DNA of 64,000 bases from Gemmatimonadales bacterium (lineage in GTDB: Bacteria; Gemmatimonadota; Gemmatimonadetes; Gemmatimonadales; GWC2-71-9): positions 1,050-65,049 of the forward strand of contig JBFJHJ010000015.1 in NCBI GenBank assembly GCA_041613315.1, given 5' to 3'. Shown here one piece after another: positions 52,926-62,166 of this stretch; the first letter of the stretch is position 1, and each line of letters starts with the position of its first letter. Made by a program: the position numbers and the translations under genes. A model generated the notes under the pieces. That model was not told the origin of the DNA, ran no database searches, and saw only the letters and a program-made list of their open reading frames with translations.

Positions 52926-55034
52926 CTACAGCGTCCGAGAGGACGCGGTGGCGAGCATCACGGCGGCCGCCGTCTTCAGATCGCGGACATTGAACGGTTT
53001 GCGGAAGTAGCGCACGCCGAGCTGGCGGAGCCACTCCTCGGTCTCCGGACGGACGTCCGCGGTGAGGAAGATGGTGCGGCGCGCGAAATTCGGATCGTGG
53101 CGGGCCAGCACGTCGGCGAATGTCTCGCCGGCCGACACCGCCGCGCGCGGGTCGGCGATCACCAGATCGTATGCACCCGCCGCCAGGAGGGCGGCCCCGT
53201 GGGACGCGTCCCGCGCTGCGTCGACGCGGTGCCCGTCGTGGGAGAAGAGCACGCCGATCATCTGACGAACGGCCGGGTCCTCGTCCACGAGAAGCACGCA
53301 GCGGCTGGGGAGGGGTGTCGCCCCGGCCAGCTCGGCGGCCTCGGGCGTTGGGCCGGCGTCGGGCGTCCGGTCACTCGCGGGCAGGGTGACCGTGAACATC
53401 GCGCCACCCTCCGCGCCCCGCTGTACCTCGATGCGCCCCCGGTGCCCCTCGACGATCCCATACGTGATAGAGAGCCCGAGGCCCGTCCCCTCGCCCGGTG
53501 CCTTGGTCGTAAAGAACGGATCGAAGATGTGGGAGGCGATGTCGTCGGGCACGCCGGGTCCGGTGTCCGCGACACGCAGCATGACCAACCCGTCACGCGG
53601 GGCGGTCGTGACGCGCACCACGCGCGGCCGATCGGGCGGATTCCGGCTCACCGCCTGGATGGCGTTGGTGAGCAGATTGAGCACGGCCTGCTGCATCTGG
53701 AATCGATCACCGTAGACGCGCGGGAGGCCCTTGGAGAGGCGGAGATCCAGCTCGATCTTGCGGAGCCGCAGCTCATAGGTGATGAGGGACGTCGCGCGCT
53801 GGGCGATGTCGTTGAGGTCGATGTCGCCCACGTCCGTGGGTCCCTTGCGGGCGAAGGTGAGCAGGTTCCGAACGATCCGTGCGGCCCGCTCGGCCTGCTC
53901 GTGGATCACCCGGAGGTGCTCGCGGTCGCGCGCCGACGTGCTCGGCTGCTCCATGAGGAACTCGGACAGCCCACCGATGCTCGTGAGCGGGTTGTTGAGC
54001 TCGTGGGCCACGCCGGAGACCAGTTGCCCCACCGCCGCGAGTTTTTCCGATTGGAGCAGCTGGGACTCCAGGGCTTTCTGCTCGGTCACGTCCTCGATGA
54101 GCGCCACGACCCACCCATCGCCCCTCCCGCCCAGCCGGGACGCGCCGATCCGGAGCATCCGGTCGAGCCGCTCTGAACGGCGGGTCAAGGAGGGCTGGCC
54201 ACGCCCGCTGCGCACGGCGTCCAGCAGCTCGGTCAGCTCGTCGGGATGGCCGAACAGGGCGGGCGCGAGGCGCGAGCCGACCAGATCGGGGAGCGGTGTC
54301 CGGAGCAGCTCCCCCAGCGCCCGGTTCGCCCGGCGGATGCAGCCCTCGGCATCCACCACGGCAATGCCGTCATTGAGCGCGTCGAAGGTGGTCTCCCATT
54401 GCTGTTTGCCGGCGAGCACGAGGTCGAAGAACTTGGCGTTCGCGAGCGCGAGGGCCGCGTGCGTCGCTACCGTGGAGACAAGTCGCAGGTCGCCGTCGTC
54501 GAATGCTCCGGGCGTCTCCGCGCTCACCGCGACCGCGCCCACGCTCACCCCGTGGGCGCGGAGCGGCGCCACGAGCGCACGCCGCACCCGCACGTCGTCG
54601 AGCAGTTGGGGTTGTTCCTCCTCGTCGGCTTCCGCCACCTGCAAATGGCCCTGTTCCATCGCGGCGCCGACGAGGCCGCCCCGCGCGGCACTCACCTCGC
54701 GGCCCGCCAGCGAGGCGAGCGTGCCCCGGGCCGCCACGACCCGCACCCCCGCGGCGCTCTCGTCGGCCATGGCCACGAGCGCGCCGTCACACCGGATGAA
54801 CCGGGCGGCGTACTGCGCTACCTGTTCGGCGATCCGGTCCAGCTCCACCGAGTCCGCGAGCACGTACGCCAGCTCTTGCAGGGAGAACAGCTCGGTCAGA
54901 CGCCGGGACAGATCGGCCCGCGCGCGCTCCAGTTCCTGGGCAGGCTCACGCCGGAGACGCCAGCCGAGCCAACCGGCGAGCGCCACCGCCGCCACGAGGG
55001 CGGCGAGCAGCCAGACGTCAGGCCCCGACATCAT
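52926..55034 (-). CDS. Hybrid sensor histidine kinase (TM-GAF-PAS-HisKA-HATPase_c-REC)
   Basis: N-terminal TM helix. H-box SGVAHELNNPLTSI, N/G boxes (LLTNAIQAV, DTGPGV, GEGTGLGLS) and a C-terminal receiver (VLLVDEDP...DLVIAD). Confidence 0.85.
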   Translation of the reverse strand: MMSGPDVWLLAALVAAVALAGWLGWRLRREPAQELERARADLSRRLTELFSLQELAYVLADSVELDRIAEQVAQYAARFIRCDGALVAMADESAAGVRVVAARGTLASLAGREVSAARGGLVGAAMEQGHLQVAEADEEEQPQLLDDVRVRRALVAPLRAHGVSVGAVAVSAETPGAFDDGDLRLVSTVATHAALALANAKFFDLVLAGKQQWETTFDALNDGIAVVDAEGCIRRANRALGELLRTPLPDLVGSRLAPALFGHPDELTELLDAVRSGRGQPSLTRRSERLDRMLRIGASRLGGRGDGWVVALIEDVTEQKALESQLLQSEKLAAVGQLVSGVAHELNNPLTSIGGLSEFLMEQPSTSARDREHLRVIHEQAERAARIVRNLLTFARKGPTDVGDIDLNDIAQRATSLITYELRLRKIELDLRLSKGLPRVYGDRFQMQQAVLNLLTNAIQAVSRNPPDRPRVVRVTTAPRDGLVMLRVADTGPGVPDDIASHIFDPFFTTKAPGEGTGLGLSITYGIVEGHRGRIEVQRGAEGGAMFTVTLPASDRTPDAGPTPEAAELAGATPLPSRCVLLVDEDPAVRQMIGVLFSHDGHRVDAARDASHGAALLAAGAYDLVIADPRAAVSAGETFADVLARHDPNFARRTIFLTADVRPETEEWLRQLGVRYFRKPFNVRDLKTAAAVMLATASSRTL

Positions 55035-55851
55035 GCTCCGCGCCCTCTCGAAACTGCACCGGCGCGCCGGGTTTCAGCTTGACCGGCCTCGCGGGGACGC
55101 CGAGGTACAGATACCACGGCTTGACGTCCTTCGTTACGAGCGCGCCCGCTCCCACCATGGCGTTGGTTCCCACCCGCACGCCGGCCAAGACGGTGGCGTG
55201 GTACGTGATGCGCACCCCGTCCTCCAGGACCGTCACCGCGTCCGTCACGTCTGCCTGGTCGTCGAGATCGTGGCTGTGACTGTAGATGTTGGCGTAGTCC
55301 GCGATCGACACACGGTTCCCCAGCACGATCCCGCCCCGGTCGTCCAGCAAGACGTGGCGGTGCACCACGACGCCGTCTCCGACCTCCACGTTGTAGCCGA
55401 ACGAGAACTCCACGAACTGAAAACACTTGAAGTGCTTCCCGCATCGCTTGAAGACATGCGCGGCGAGCGTCCTTCGGAGCCGCACGCCGACGTCGACGTT
55501 CCCGCCGCCTGCCGGGGAACGGTCGAAGCTCTGCCACAACCAGAGCAGGGGCTTCACGCGGGCGTAACGATCGGGGTCGATCTCGTGGTAGTACTCAGGC
55601 TCGAGGGTGATGTGATGCGGGTCGAGCGCGAGCAGGGCGGCTCGGGTGCCCAGGGGAACGTCGGGGTCGGCCACGAGGTCCGCATAGGTGCCCGCATTCG
55701 GGAAGTACAGATCGAACAGGACATCGCGACACAGCGCGTAGCGGTCGCCACCGGGATCCTGGAGACGCTCCGCGATCTCGCCCATCCACGCATCGGTGAG
55801 CGACGCCGCCGGCGGCGGCAGTACCAGAGATCGAAGCGGCCGGTGCACCAT
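55018..55851 (-). CDS. Hexapeptide-repeat (left-handed beta-helix) acyl/acetyltransferase with ~130-aa N-terminal extension
   Basis: LbH repeats (VEVGDGVVVHRHVLLDDRGGIVLGNRVSIADYANI...GVRVGTNAMVGAGALV). 17-nt overlap with the kinase gene start. Confidence 0.75.
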   Translation of the reverse strand: MVHRPLRSLVLPPPAASLTDAWMGEIAERLQDPGGDRYALCRDVLFDLYFPNAGTYADLVADPDVPLGTRAALLALDPHHITLEPEYYHEIDPDRYARVKPLLWLWQSFDRSPAGGGNVDVGVRLRRTLAAHVFKRCGKHFKCFQFVEFSFGYNVEVGDGVVVHRHVLLDDRGGIVLGNRVSIADYANIYSHSHDLDDQADVTDAVTVLEDGVRITYHATVLAGVRVGTNAMVGAGALVTKDVKPWYLYLGVPARPVKLKPGAPVQFREGAEHDVGA

Positions 55852-55885
55852 GGGTTCTTGCGCGCTCCCGTTCAGGTTACAGGTG

Positions 55886-55914
55886 TTGACACCCCAAAAG
55901 CCGATGAATAGATT
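55886..55914 (+). promoter_or_regulatory. Sigma70-type promoter TTGACA-N17-TAGATT
   Basis: Exact -35 at 55886-55891, a 17-nt spacer, and TAGATT at 55909-55914. Sits inside the only AT-rich intergenic island and faces the apbE operon. Confidence 0.5.
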
Positions 55915-55929
55915 CGGGAAAACTCTACT

Positions 55930-55949
55930 TGAGAATGATTCTCATTCTC
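55930..55949. promoter_or_regulatory. Fur-family operator-like palindrome
   Basis: TGAGAAT-G-ATTCTCA (55930-55944) is a perfect 7-1-7 inverted repeat, matching TGATAATnATTATCA at 13/15. The overlapping GAGAATGA-TTC-TCATTCTC (55931-55949) matches the 19-bp Fur box GATAATGATAATCATTATC at 15/19. Confidence 0.55.
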
Positions 55950-56041
55950 CATGGCTTGGCTGAGACCGTACCTCTAACGCCAGATCCCATCACTCCACCA
56001 ATCCCACCCTTGCCGGAATTCGGAATTCTGAACGTTTTTCA

Positions 56042-57208
56042 ATGCTAATCCAAAACGAGCGGGGTGTCTGCCCTGGGAGCCGGCAGGCGGGCGGGTGGAG
56101 GGGCGCTCGGGGGCAATCGACGAGCTTGTGGAGGGGGATCCGGCGGGGGCACGCCGCCCTGACCGCCCGTCCGCCTGTTCGCCCGACCGTCCTGGGGGTG
56201 GCCGTTGGGGCGGCCGTGATTTTGGGCGTCGGCGGCACCCATACGGCCGCCGTGTGGGTCGAGCGTGCGGTCTATGTCATGGGGACGGAGCTCCACGCAC
56301 GGATCGCCGCACCGGACCGGGCGCAGGGGGCGCACGCGATCGAGGCGGCGTTCAATGCGGTCCGGGCGGTCGATGACCTCCTGAGCACCTGGCGCTCCGG
56401 CACCCCGCTGGCCCAGCTCAACGCGGGCCCGCCCGGCACCCCTGTCGCCCTCCCGCCGGCACTCGCCAACCTCCTCGCCGACGTGGACCGGTGGCAGCAG
56501 GCCACGGACGGCGCGTTCGACCCGGCTATCGGTGCGCTCGTGGACGCCTGGGACCTGCGTGGCCGCGGGCGGCGCCCGTCGGCGTCGGCGCTGGCCGGGG
56601 CGCTCGCCGCGAGCGGGCTCCATCGGTTTACGCTCGATGCCCGTCACCGCACGGGGCGGCGGCCCAATGCGGCGTGGTGGATCGACTCCGGCGGGTTCGG
56701 CAAGGGGGTCGCGCTCCGGGAGGCGTGGGCGGTGCTCCGACGGCAGGGCGTCCAAGACGCCATGCTCAACTTCGGCGGCCAGGTCTTGGCGCTGGGCGAG
56801 CCGGATGCCGGTGCCGCCGGTTGGGAGGTCCCCGTGGCGCACCCGGCGAGGCGCGGTCAGGCGGCGGCGCGGCTCATTCTGCGCGATCGCTCAGCCGCCA
56901 CGAGCGCACAGTCGGAACGCTTCGTGGACGTCGAGGGCGAGCGGTTCGGGCACATCCTCGATCCCCGCCACGGGATGCCCGTGCCGGCCTGGGGCAGCGT
57001 GACGGTCGTGGCGGCCGAGCCGCTCGAGGCCGACATCCTGTCCACCGCCCTCTTCGTGATGGGACCCGATCAGGGACTCCGCTGGCTGGACGCCCACCCC
57101 GGCGTCGCCGCGCTCTTCCTGGTCCTCAGGGACGGGGAGACGGAGGCGCGATGGTCGCCGGCGATGGAACCATACCTCGTTCATTCACCCGCCGAAGAAG
57201 GAGCGTAG
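56042..57208 (+). CDS. apbE: FAD:protein FMN transferase (ApbE family)
   Basis: VMGTELHARI... start of the ApbE fold, then FDPAIGALVDAWD, GGFGKGVAL and ATSAQSERF motifs. N-terminal hydrophobic segment. The start codon is uncertain. Confidence 0.85.
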   Translation: MLIQNERGVCPGSRQAGGWRGARGQSTSLWRGIRRGHAALTARPPVRPTVLGVAVGAAVILGVGGTHTAAVWVERAVYVMGTELHARIAAPDRAQGAHAIEAAFNAVRAVDDLLSTWRSGTPLAQLNAGPPGTPVALPPALANLLADVDRWQQATDGAFDPAIGALVDAWDLRGRGRRPSASALAGALAASGLHRFTLDARHRTGRRPNAAWWIDSGGFGKGVALREAWAVLRRQGVQDAMLNFGGQVLALGEPDAGAAGWEVPVAHPARRGQAAARLILRDRSAATSAQSERFVDVEGERFGHILDPRHGMPVPAWGSVTVVAAEPLEADILSTALFVMGPDQGLRWLDAHPGVAALFLVLRDGETEARWSPAMEPYLVHSPAEEGA

Positions 57209-57211
57209 AAC

Positions 57212-58528
57212 GTGATGCACCGGGGTTGGAGGGCGGCGGGGATCATCGCCGCGCTGGTGATGGGGTGCGGGCCGCTCGCGGCACAGGTCCAGGACACGAC
57301 CGAGATCGCCCGCCTCAAAGCGCAAGTCGAGGCGATCACGCGAGAGCTCGAGGAACTGCGCCTGGGCCGCGAACTGGTCGTCCCGGCGGACACGAGCGTG
57401 CTCGGCTTCGGTCCGGCGGCCTCCAAGGTCTACAAAACGGGCCAGGGGGTATCGATCGGCGGCTACGGCGAGGTGATGTACGAGCGTTTCGCGGCCACGC
57501 GGGAGGACGGGGCCCCCTCGGGACGCACCGACCAGCTCGACGCCCTGCGCGCGATCGTATATGTCGGCTACCGGTTCACCGATCGGGTCCTGTTCAACTC
57601 GGAGATCGAGATCGAGCACGCCAACACCGAGCAGGCCGGGGGCGTCTCGCTCGAGTTCGCCTATTTAGACTTCCGGCTCACCCCGCAGTTCGGTGTCCGC
57701 GCCGGGCTCCTCCTCCCCCCGATGGGTTTGCTGAACGAGTTGCACGAGCCGCCGGTCTTCTTGGGGTCGGCGCGTCCCGAGACGGAGCGTCAGATCATTC
57801 CCTCCACGTGGCGGGAGAACGGCGTGGGCGTGTTCGGCGAGGCGGGCCGGTTCACGTATCGCGTGTATCTCATCAATGGGTTCGACGCGGTGGGCGGCGG
57901 GCCCTCCCGGGCGGAGGGGTTCGAGGCGTCGGGCCTGCGCGATGGGCGGCAGGGCGGTTCCAAGGCCGTCGCGGAAGACTTCGCCGGTGTGGGGCGGCTG
58001 GAGGTCGCCGCGGCTCCGGGGCTCCGGCTCGGGGTCTCCGGCTACCTCGGCAACTCGGGCCAGCACGCGCCCGACCCCTCGGCGCCGGGCCGGACGATCG
58101 GCGCGCGCACGGGGATCTGGGAAGGCCACGTCGAGTACCGCGCCCGCGGCTTCGATCTTCGCGGCCTATTCGCGATGGCGAACGTGGACGACGCGGCGGC
58201 GATCAACATGGCCCGGGGGCTCAGTGGGTCGGCCTCGGTCGGCGAACGGCTGGTGGGGTGGTATCTCCAAGGGGGCTACGACGTGTTGCGGCACGTGCGG
58301 ACGTCCCACCAACTCGTCCCGTATCTGCGCTACGAAGCCCTGAACACGCAGGACCGGGTGCCGGCCGGCTTCAGCGCCGACCCGGCGAATGACCGCCGCA
58401 TCGTGACGCTGGGCGCGGCGTGGAAGCCGATCTCGAACATCGCGCTCAAGGCTGACTATCAGGTGGAGCGCAATGCCGCCGACACCGGCGTCGACCGGTT
58501 CCATGTCAACCTCAGCTATCTCTTCTGA
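57212..58528 (+). CDS. Porin-like outer-membrane protein (OprO/P-like architecture: signal peptide, coiled coil, beta-barrel)
   Basis: Signal IIAALVMGCGPLAAQ, coiled coil EIARLKAQVEAITRELEELR, alternating beta pattern and terminal ...HVNLSYLF. Starts 4 nt after the apbE stop, with AAGGAG upstream. Confidence 0.65.
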   Translation: MMHRGWRAAGIIAALVMGCGPLAAQVQDTTEIARLKAQVEAITRELEELRLGRELVVPADTSVLGFGPAASKVYKTGQGVSIGGYGEVMYERFAATREDGAPSGRTDQLDALRAIVYVGYRFTDRVLFNSEIEIEHANTEQAGGVSLEFAYLDFRLTPQFGVRAGLLLPPMGLLNELHEPPVFLGSARPETERQIIPSTWRENGVGVFGEAGRFTYRVYLINGFDAVGGGPSRAEGFEASGLRDGRQGGSKAVAEDFAGVGRLEVAAAPGLRLGVSGYLGNSGQHAPDPSAPGRTIGARTGIWEGHVEYRARGFDLRGLFAMANVDDAAAINMARGLSGSASVGERLVGWYLQGGYDVLRHVRTSHQLVPYLRYEALNTQDRVPAGFSADPANDRRIVTLGAAWKPISNIALKADYQVERNAADTGVDRFHVNLSYLF

Positions 58529-58532
58529 CGCC

Positions 58533-59129
58533 GTGGGCAGTCGCCTGGCGGCGCTCCCTTCGCCCCGACGCGTGGGTCTCGTCCTCGCCCTTGCGGGCGT
58601 GGCGGGCGCCGCGGTACCGGCGTCGGCGCAGGTCCGGCTCAGTCAGGACGAGGCGCTGCGGCTGGCGTTTGGACCGCCGGCGACTGTGGAGCGGCGCACG
58701 GCGTTCTTGAGCGAGGCCGACCTCGCGACGGCCCGGACCCGGGCCGGGCGGGACGTCGAGCTGACGCAGCGCGTCGTCACCTACTATGTCGGCCGCAGCG
58801 GTGACGCGCCGCTGGGCGTCGCGTACTTCGACGTGCATCGCGTACGCTCCCACAACGAAGTGCTGATGGTGGTGGTGTCGCCGGACGGCCGGATCGGCCG
58901 GATCGAGATTCTTCGATTCGACGAGCCTCCGGAGTACCGGGCGCCGAACGGCTGGCTCGACCTCCTGGAGGAGCGCGGATTGACCGACGAGCTGTCGCTC
59001 AAGGGCGCGGTCGTGAACATGACGGGGGCGACGCTCACGTCGCAGGCCGTCGTGCGGGCGGCCCGCCGCGTCCTCGCGCTGCACGAGGTGATCCGGCCGT
59101 TCGGGCAGCCAACCCGCGCCACTCCATGA
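58533..59129 (+). CDS. Secreted FMN_bind-domain protein with ApbE flavinylation motif
   Basis: Signal RRVGLVLALAGVAGAAVPASAQ. The C-terminal motif VNMTGATLTS (59022-59042 encodes TGATLTS) is the same SGAT/TGAT-type site as in NqrC/RnfG. The start is either GTG at 58533 or ATG at 58503. Confidence 0.75.
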   Translation: MGSRLAALPSPRRVGLVLALAGVAGAAVPASAQVRLSQDEALRLAFGPPATVERRTAFLSEADLATARTRAGRDVELTQRVVTYYVGRSGDAPLGVAYFDVHRVRSHNEVLMVVVSPDGRIGRIEILRFDEPPEYRAPNGWLDLLEERGLTDELSLKGAVVNMTGATLTSQAVVRAARRVLALHEVIRPFGQPTRATP

Positions 59130-59623
59130 CGCCGTTCGAGCGCTGGTCCGTGTGGGTGACCTCGGTCGTCACGACGGTGACGGGACTCGTGTACGTCTGG
59201 ATGAAGTACGCGCTACACACGACCGATCCGTGGTCGGTGGTCAACCACCCGCTCCAGCCGCTCGTGCTCAAGCTGCACATCGTGACGGCCCCGCTGCTCG
59301 TGTTCATGGTCGGCGTCATCGCGCTCCGCCACGTCTGGAAGCATTTCCTCAACGGGAGCCGATGGGGGCGGCGCACCGGGATCGGCGTCGCGCTCATGAC
59401 CGCGCCGATGATCGTCACGGGCTACGTGATCCAGGTGCTCACGGACGAGGGGCTCGTGCGGGCGATGGCGTGGTCGCACATCGCCTTCGGGACGGTGTAC
59501 GCGGTGGGGCTCGTTCTGCATCAGGTGATGATCCGCCGGGGCGCCCCGAACGGCAACGGGCGCGCGACGGCCGCCGAGCGCTCGCGGGCGGCGGCTCGCC
59601 CCGACCAGGCGCTCCGCTCCTAG
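59126..59623 (+). CDS. Four-TM His-rich membrane protein (possible b-type heme protein, DUF4405/cytochrome b561-like)
   Basis: ATGA overlap with the previous gene. Four predicted helices with His in or near the membrane (KLHIV, LRHVWKH, WSHIAF, LVLHQV). Confidence 0.55.
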   Translation: MTPFERWSVWVTSVVTTVTGLVYVWMKYALHTTDPWSVVNHPLQPLVLKLHIVTAPLLVFMVGVIALRHVWKHFLNGSRWGRRTGIGVALMTAPMIVTGYVIQVLTDEGLVRAMAWSHIAFGTVYAVGLVLHQVMIRRGAPNGNGRATAAERSRAAARPDQALRS

Positions 59624-59630
59624 CGAACGC

Positions 59631-60266
59631 TCAGGGCGTCTTGCCGGACGCCCGGGCCAGCACGCTTGCCCGTTCCCGGTCCAGGGTGCGCAGCGTCTGC
59701 TCCCACCCTCCGCCGGCGACCCCCTCGTACGAAACGATGAAGGGGTCGAGCAGCCGCAACTCTTCGAACACGTACACCGCGGAGGCGGTCTCGCGCTGAT
59801 CGAGCTGGCGCAACGACCAGAGGGATGTCAACGGGACGATCTCGAGCGGCCGAAAGAACCGGTTTTGGCTGGTGAGGGTCAGGATCTCCGGTTCGAAGCG
59901 CGCGCGGTCCTGGCGGCCGAAGAACGTGACCAGGAAGGGGGTGGGTGTCGACGTTCCGTAGCGCGCCCCGATGGCGCCGATCTCCTCGCGCTTGGACAAC
60001 AGCAACCGGTGCAGCGAGTCGTAGGCGTCCGGGGCCAGCAGGCGCAAGATCCGCTCGTCCAGCGGCAGGATGCGAATCGCGAGTGTGGACGTCTGGATCC
60101 GGAGGGCCACGTCTTCCTGCCGCAGGGTCCCGTAGCCGGCGGGGGGAAGGTCGGCCGTCGCGGCCGCCGTGTCACGCTGGCCCTCCACCGTACCGGGCAC
60201 CGCCAGCAACGCCAGGAACAGGACGGCCGCCACTCCCGGACGGGCGGGCTGTCGGTCGAGGCTCAC
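59631..60266 (-). CDS. Secreted hypothetical protein
   Basis: GTG at 60266 (GTGA overlap with the engB stop). Signal GVAAVLFLALLAVPGTVEG. No domain recognised. Confidence 0.5.
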   Translation of the reverse strand: MSLDRQPARPGVAAVLFLALLAVPGTVEGQRDTAAATADLPPAGYGTLRQEDVALRIQTSTLAIRILPLDERILRLLAPDAYDSLHRLLLSKREEIGAIGARYGTSTPTPFLVTFFGRQDRARFEPEILTLTSQNRFFRPLEIVPLTSLWSLRQLDQRETASAVYVFEELRLLDPFIVSYEGVAGGGWEQTLRTLDRERASVLARASGKTP

Positions 60267-60865
60267 GACGGCCTGACCTTCCGACCGCCTGGCCGGCCGA
60301 CGAGCCGCGCGATCGCCTTGCGCAGCGCTTCGATGCCTTCGCGTGTCTGGGCGCTCGTCACAACGCACTGGTCCTCCGGCAGTTCCGTGGCCGCCAGGAT
60401 GGCGTGCACCCGTTCGGTGCGGCGTGCCCGGGGGAGCTTGTCCGCCTTGGTCACGGCCAGCAACACCGGCACGCCGCGTTGGGCGACCCGCTGGGCGGCG
60501 GCCATGTCGTCGGGTGACGGGTCACGGCGCACGTCCACCAGCCACACTACCCCGGCCAGTGTGCGCCGGTCCGAAAGATAGTCGCCAATCACGGTGAGGA
60601 AGCGGGCGCGCTCGTCCTTCGACACGCGTGCGTACCCGTAGCCCGGGAGGTCCACCAGGTAGTAGCGGCCGTCCACCCGGTACACGTTGCACAGCCGGGT
60701 CTTGCCGGGCGAGCGACTCGTCCGGGCGATGGTCCGGCGGCCGACGAGCGCGTTCAAGAGGGACGACTTGCCGACGTTGGAGCGGCCCAGGAACGCGATC
60801 TCGGGGAGGGCGGGCTGGAGGCGGAAATCGGCGGCCGGGAAGCTGCCGATGAAGTCGACGATCAG
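60263..60865 (-). CDS. engB: Ribosome-biogenesis GTPase YihA/EngB
   Basis: [20 protein letters not shown] (G1), DLPGYGY (G3) and TKADK (G4). There is no ATG/GTG/TTG between the clpX stop and G1, so the 5-prime end is either CTG at 60865 or ATG at 60928 (inside clpX). Confidence 0.8.
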   Translation of the reverse strand: MIVDFIGSFPAADFRLQPALPEIAFLGRSNVGKSSLLNALVGRRTIARTSRSPGKTRLCNVYRVDGRYYLVDLPGYGYARVSKDERARFLTVIGDYLSDRRTLAGVVWLVDVRRDPSPDDMAAAQRVAQRGVPVLLAVTKADKLPRARRTERVHAILAATELPEDQCVVTSAQTREGIEALRKAIARLVGRPGGRKVRPS

Positions 60866-62112
60866 GCTTCTTTCTTGGCGCGGGCGGCTTCGGTGACCAC
60901 CAGCGGCTGCCGGCCCTCGGTGATGCATTCCTTGGTAATGACGACTTCTCTGACGTCCTCGCGGCTGGGCAGGTCGAACATGATCTCGGTCATGACGTCC
61001 TCGAGAATCGCCCGGAGGCCGCGCGCGCCGGTGCCGCGTTTGATCGCCCGCCGGGCCACGGCCCGGAGGGCGTCGGGTTCGAAGGTGAGCCCCACGTTCT
61101 CCAGCTCGAAGAGCCGCTCGTACTGCTTGGAGAGGGCGTTCTTGGGCTCGAGGAGGATCTTGACGAGGGCCTCCTCGTCGAGGGCATCCAGGGCGATCAC
61201 GACGGGCAGACGCCCCACGAGCTCCGGGATCAGCCCGTAGCGGAGCAAGTCGTCCGGCTCGACGTCGTGGTACGGGTTGCGCTCGAGCTGCTGTGCTTTG
61301 CCGGTCTCGATCTCTTCTTTGCTGAAGCCGATCTGACGCCGTCCCGTCCGCGCCTCGATGATCTTCTCCAGGCCGTCGAACGCGCCGCCGCAGACGAACA
61401 GGATGTTCTTGGTGTCGATCTGGATGTACTCCTGCTGGGGGTGCTTGCGGCCGCCCTGGGGCGGCACCGACGCCACCGTCCCCTCCAGGATCTTGAGGAG
61501 CGCCTGCTGGACCCCCTCGCCGGACACGTCTCGCGTGATGCTGGGGTTCTCGCTCTTCCGCGCGATCTTGTCGATCTCGTCGATGTAGACGATGCCGTGC
61601 TCGCACTCGGTGACGTTGAAATCGCCGGCCTGTAACAAGCGCACCAAAATGTTTTCGACGTCCTCCCCCACGTAGCCGGCTTCGGTGAGCGTCGTGGCGT
61701 CCGCGATCGTGAACGGCACGTCGAGGATCCGCGCCAGCGTCTGGGCCAGGAGGGTCTTGCCCACCCCCGTGGGCCCGAGAAGCATGATGTTCGACTTCTC
61801 GAGCTCGACGTCGTTGTTGCGGAGCGAGTGGGAGTTGATGCGCTTGTAGTGGCTGTAGACGGCGACCGACAGGACTTTCTTCGCCCGCTCCTGCCCGATC
61901 ACGTACTGGTCCAACACCTCTTTGACCTCGGCGGGCGTCGGGACCTGGGTGATCGCCTCGGCGACCTCCCGCTCCTCATCTTCCGCCAGGATCTCGTTAC
62001 AGAGCGCGATGCACTCGTTGCAGATGTAGACCGACGGTCCGGAGATGAACTTCCGGACCGCGTCCTTCGACTTCCCGCAGAAGGAACAACGGAGGTGTTT
62101 GTCCTGTGGCAT
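60862..62112 (-). CDS. clpX: ATP-dependent Clp protease ATP-binding subunit ClpX
   Basis: N-terminal zinc finger CSFCGK...CNEC, Walker A GPTGVGKT and the [10 protein letters not shown] and GGAF motifs. Confidence 0.97.
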   Translation of the reverse strand: MPQDKHLRCSFCGKSKDAVRKFISGPSVYICNECIALCNEILAEDEEREVAEAITQVPTPAEVKEVLDQYVIGQERAKKVLSVAVYSHYKRINSHSLRNNDVELEKSNIMLLGPTGVGKTLLAQTLARILDVPFTIADATTLTEAGYVGEDVENILVRLLQAGDFNVTECEHGIVYIDEIDKIARKSENPSITRDVSGEGVQQALLKILEGTVASVPPQGGRKHPQQEYIQIDTKNILFVCGGAFDGLEKIIEARTGRRQIGFSKEEIETGKAQQLERNPYHDVEPDDLLRYGLIPELVGRLPVVIALDALDEEALVKILLEPKNALSKQYERLFELENVGLTFEPDALRAVARRAIKRGTGARGLRAILEDVMTEIMFDLPSREDVREVVITKECITEGRQPLVVTEAARAKKEA

Positions 62113-62166
62113 GTCAGCCGTGGTCGGAGCAGCGTCCGCCTAGTATGGCCTCGGGCCGGGGAGCCG

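Noticed and set aside
55904-55963. 19-codon ORF (MNRFGKTLLENDSHSPWLG) inside the AT-rich island
   Set aside because: Its ATG lies within the predicted promoter spacer/-10 region and has no SD. It is most likely a chance ORF in AT-rich non-coding DNA.
55852-56041. tRNA or other structured RNA gene in the largest intergenic gaps (also 12722-12911, 52788-52925 and 50390-50516)
   Set aside because: No GTTCGAATC-type T-loop, acceptor-stem pairing or cloverleaf could be traced by eye in any of these gaps.
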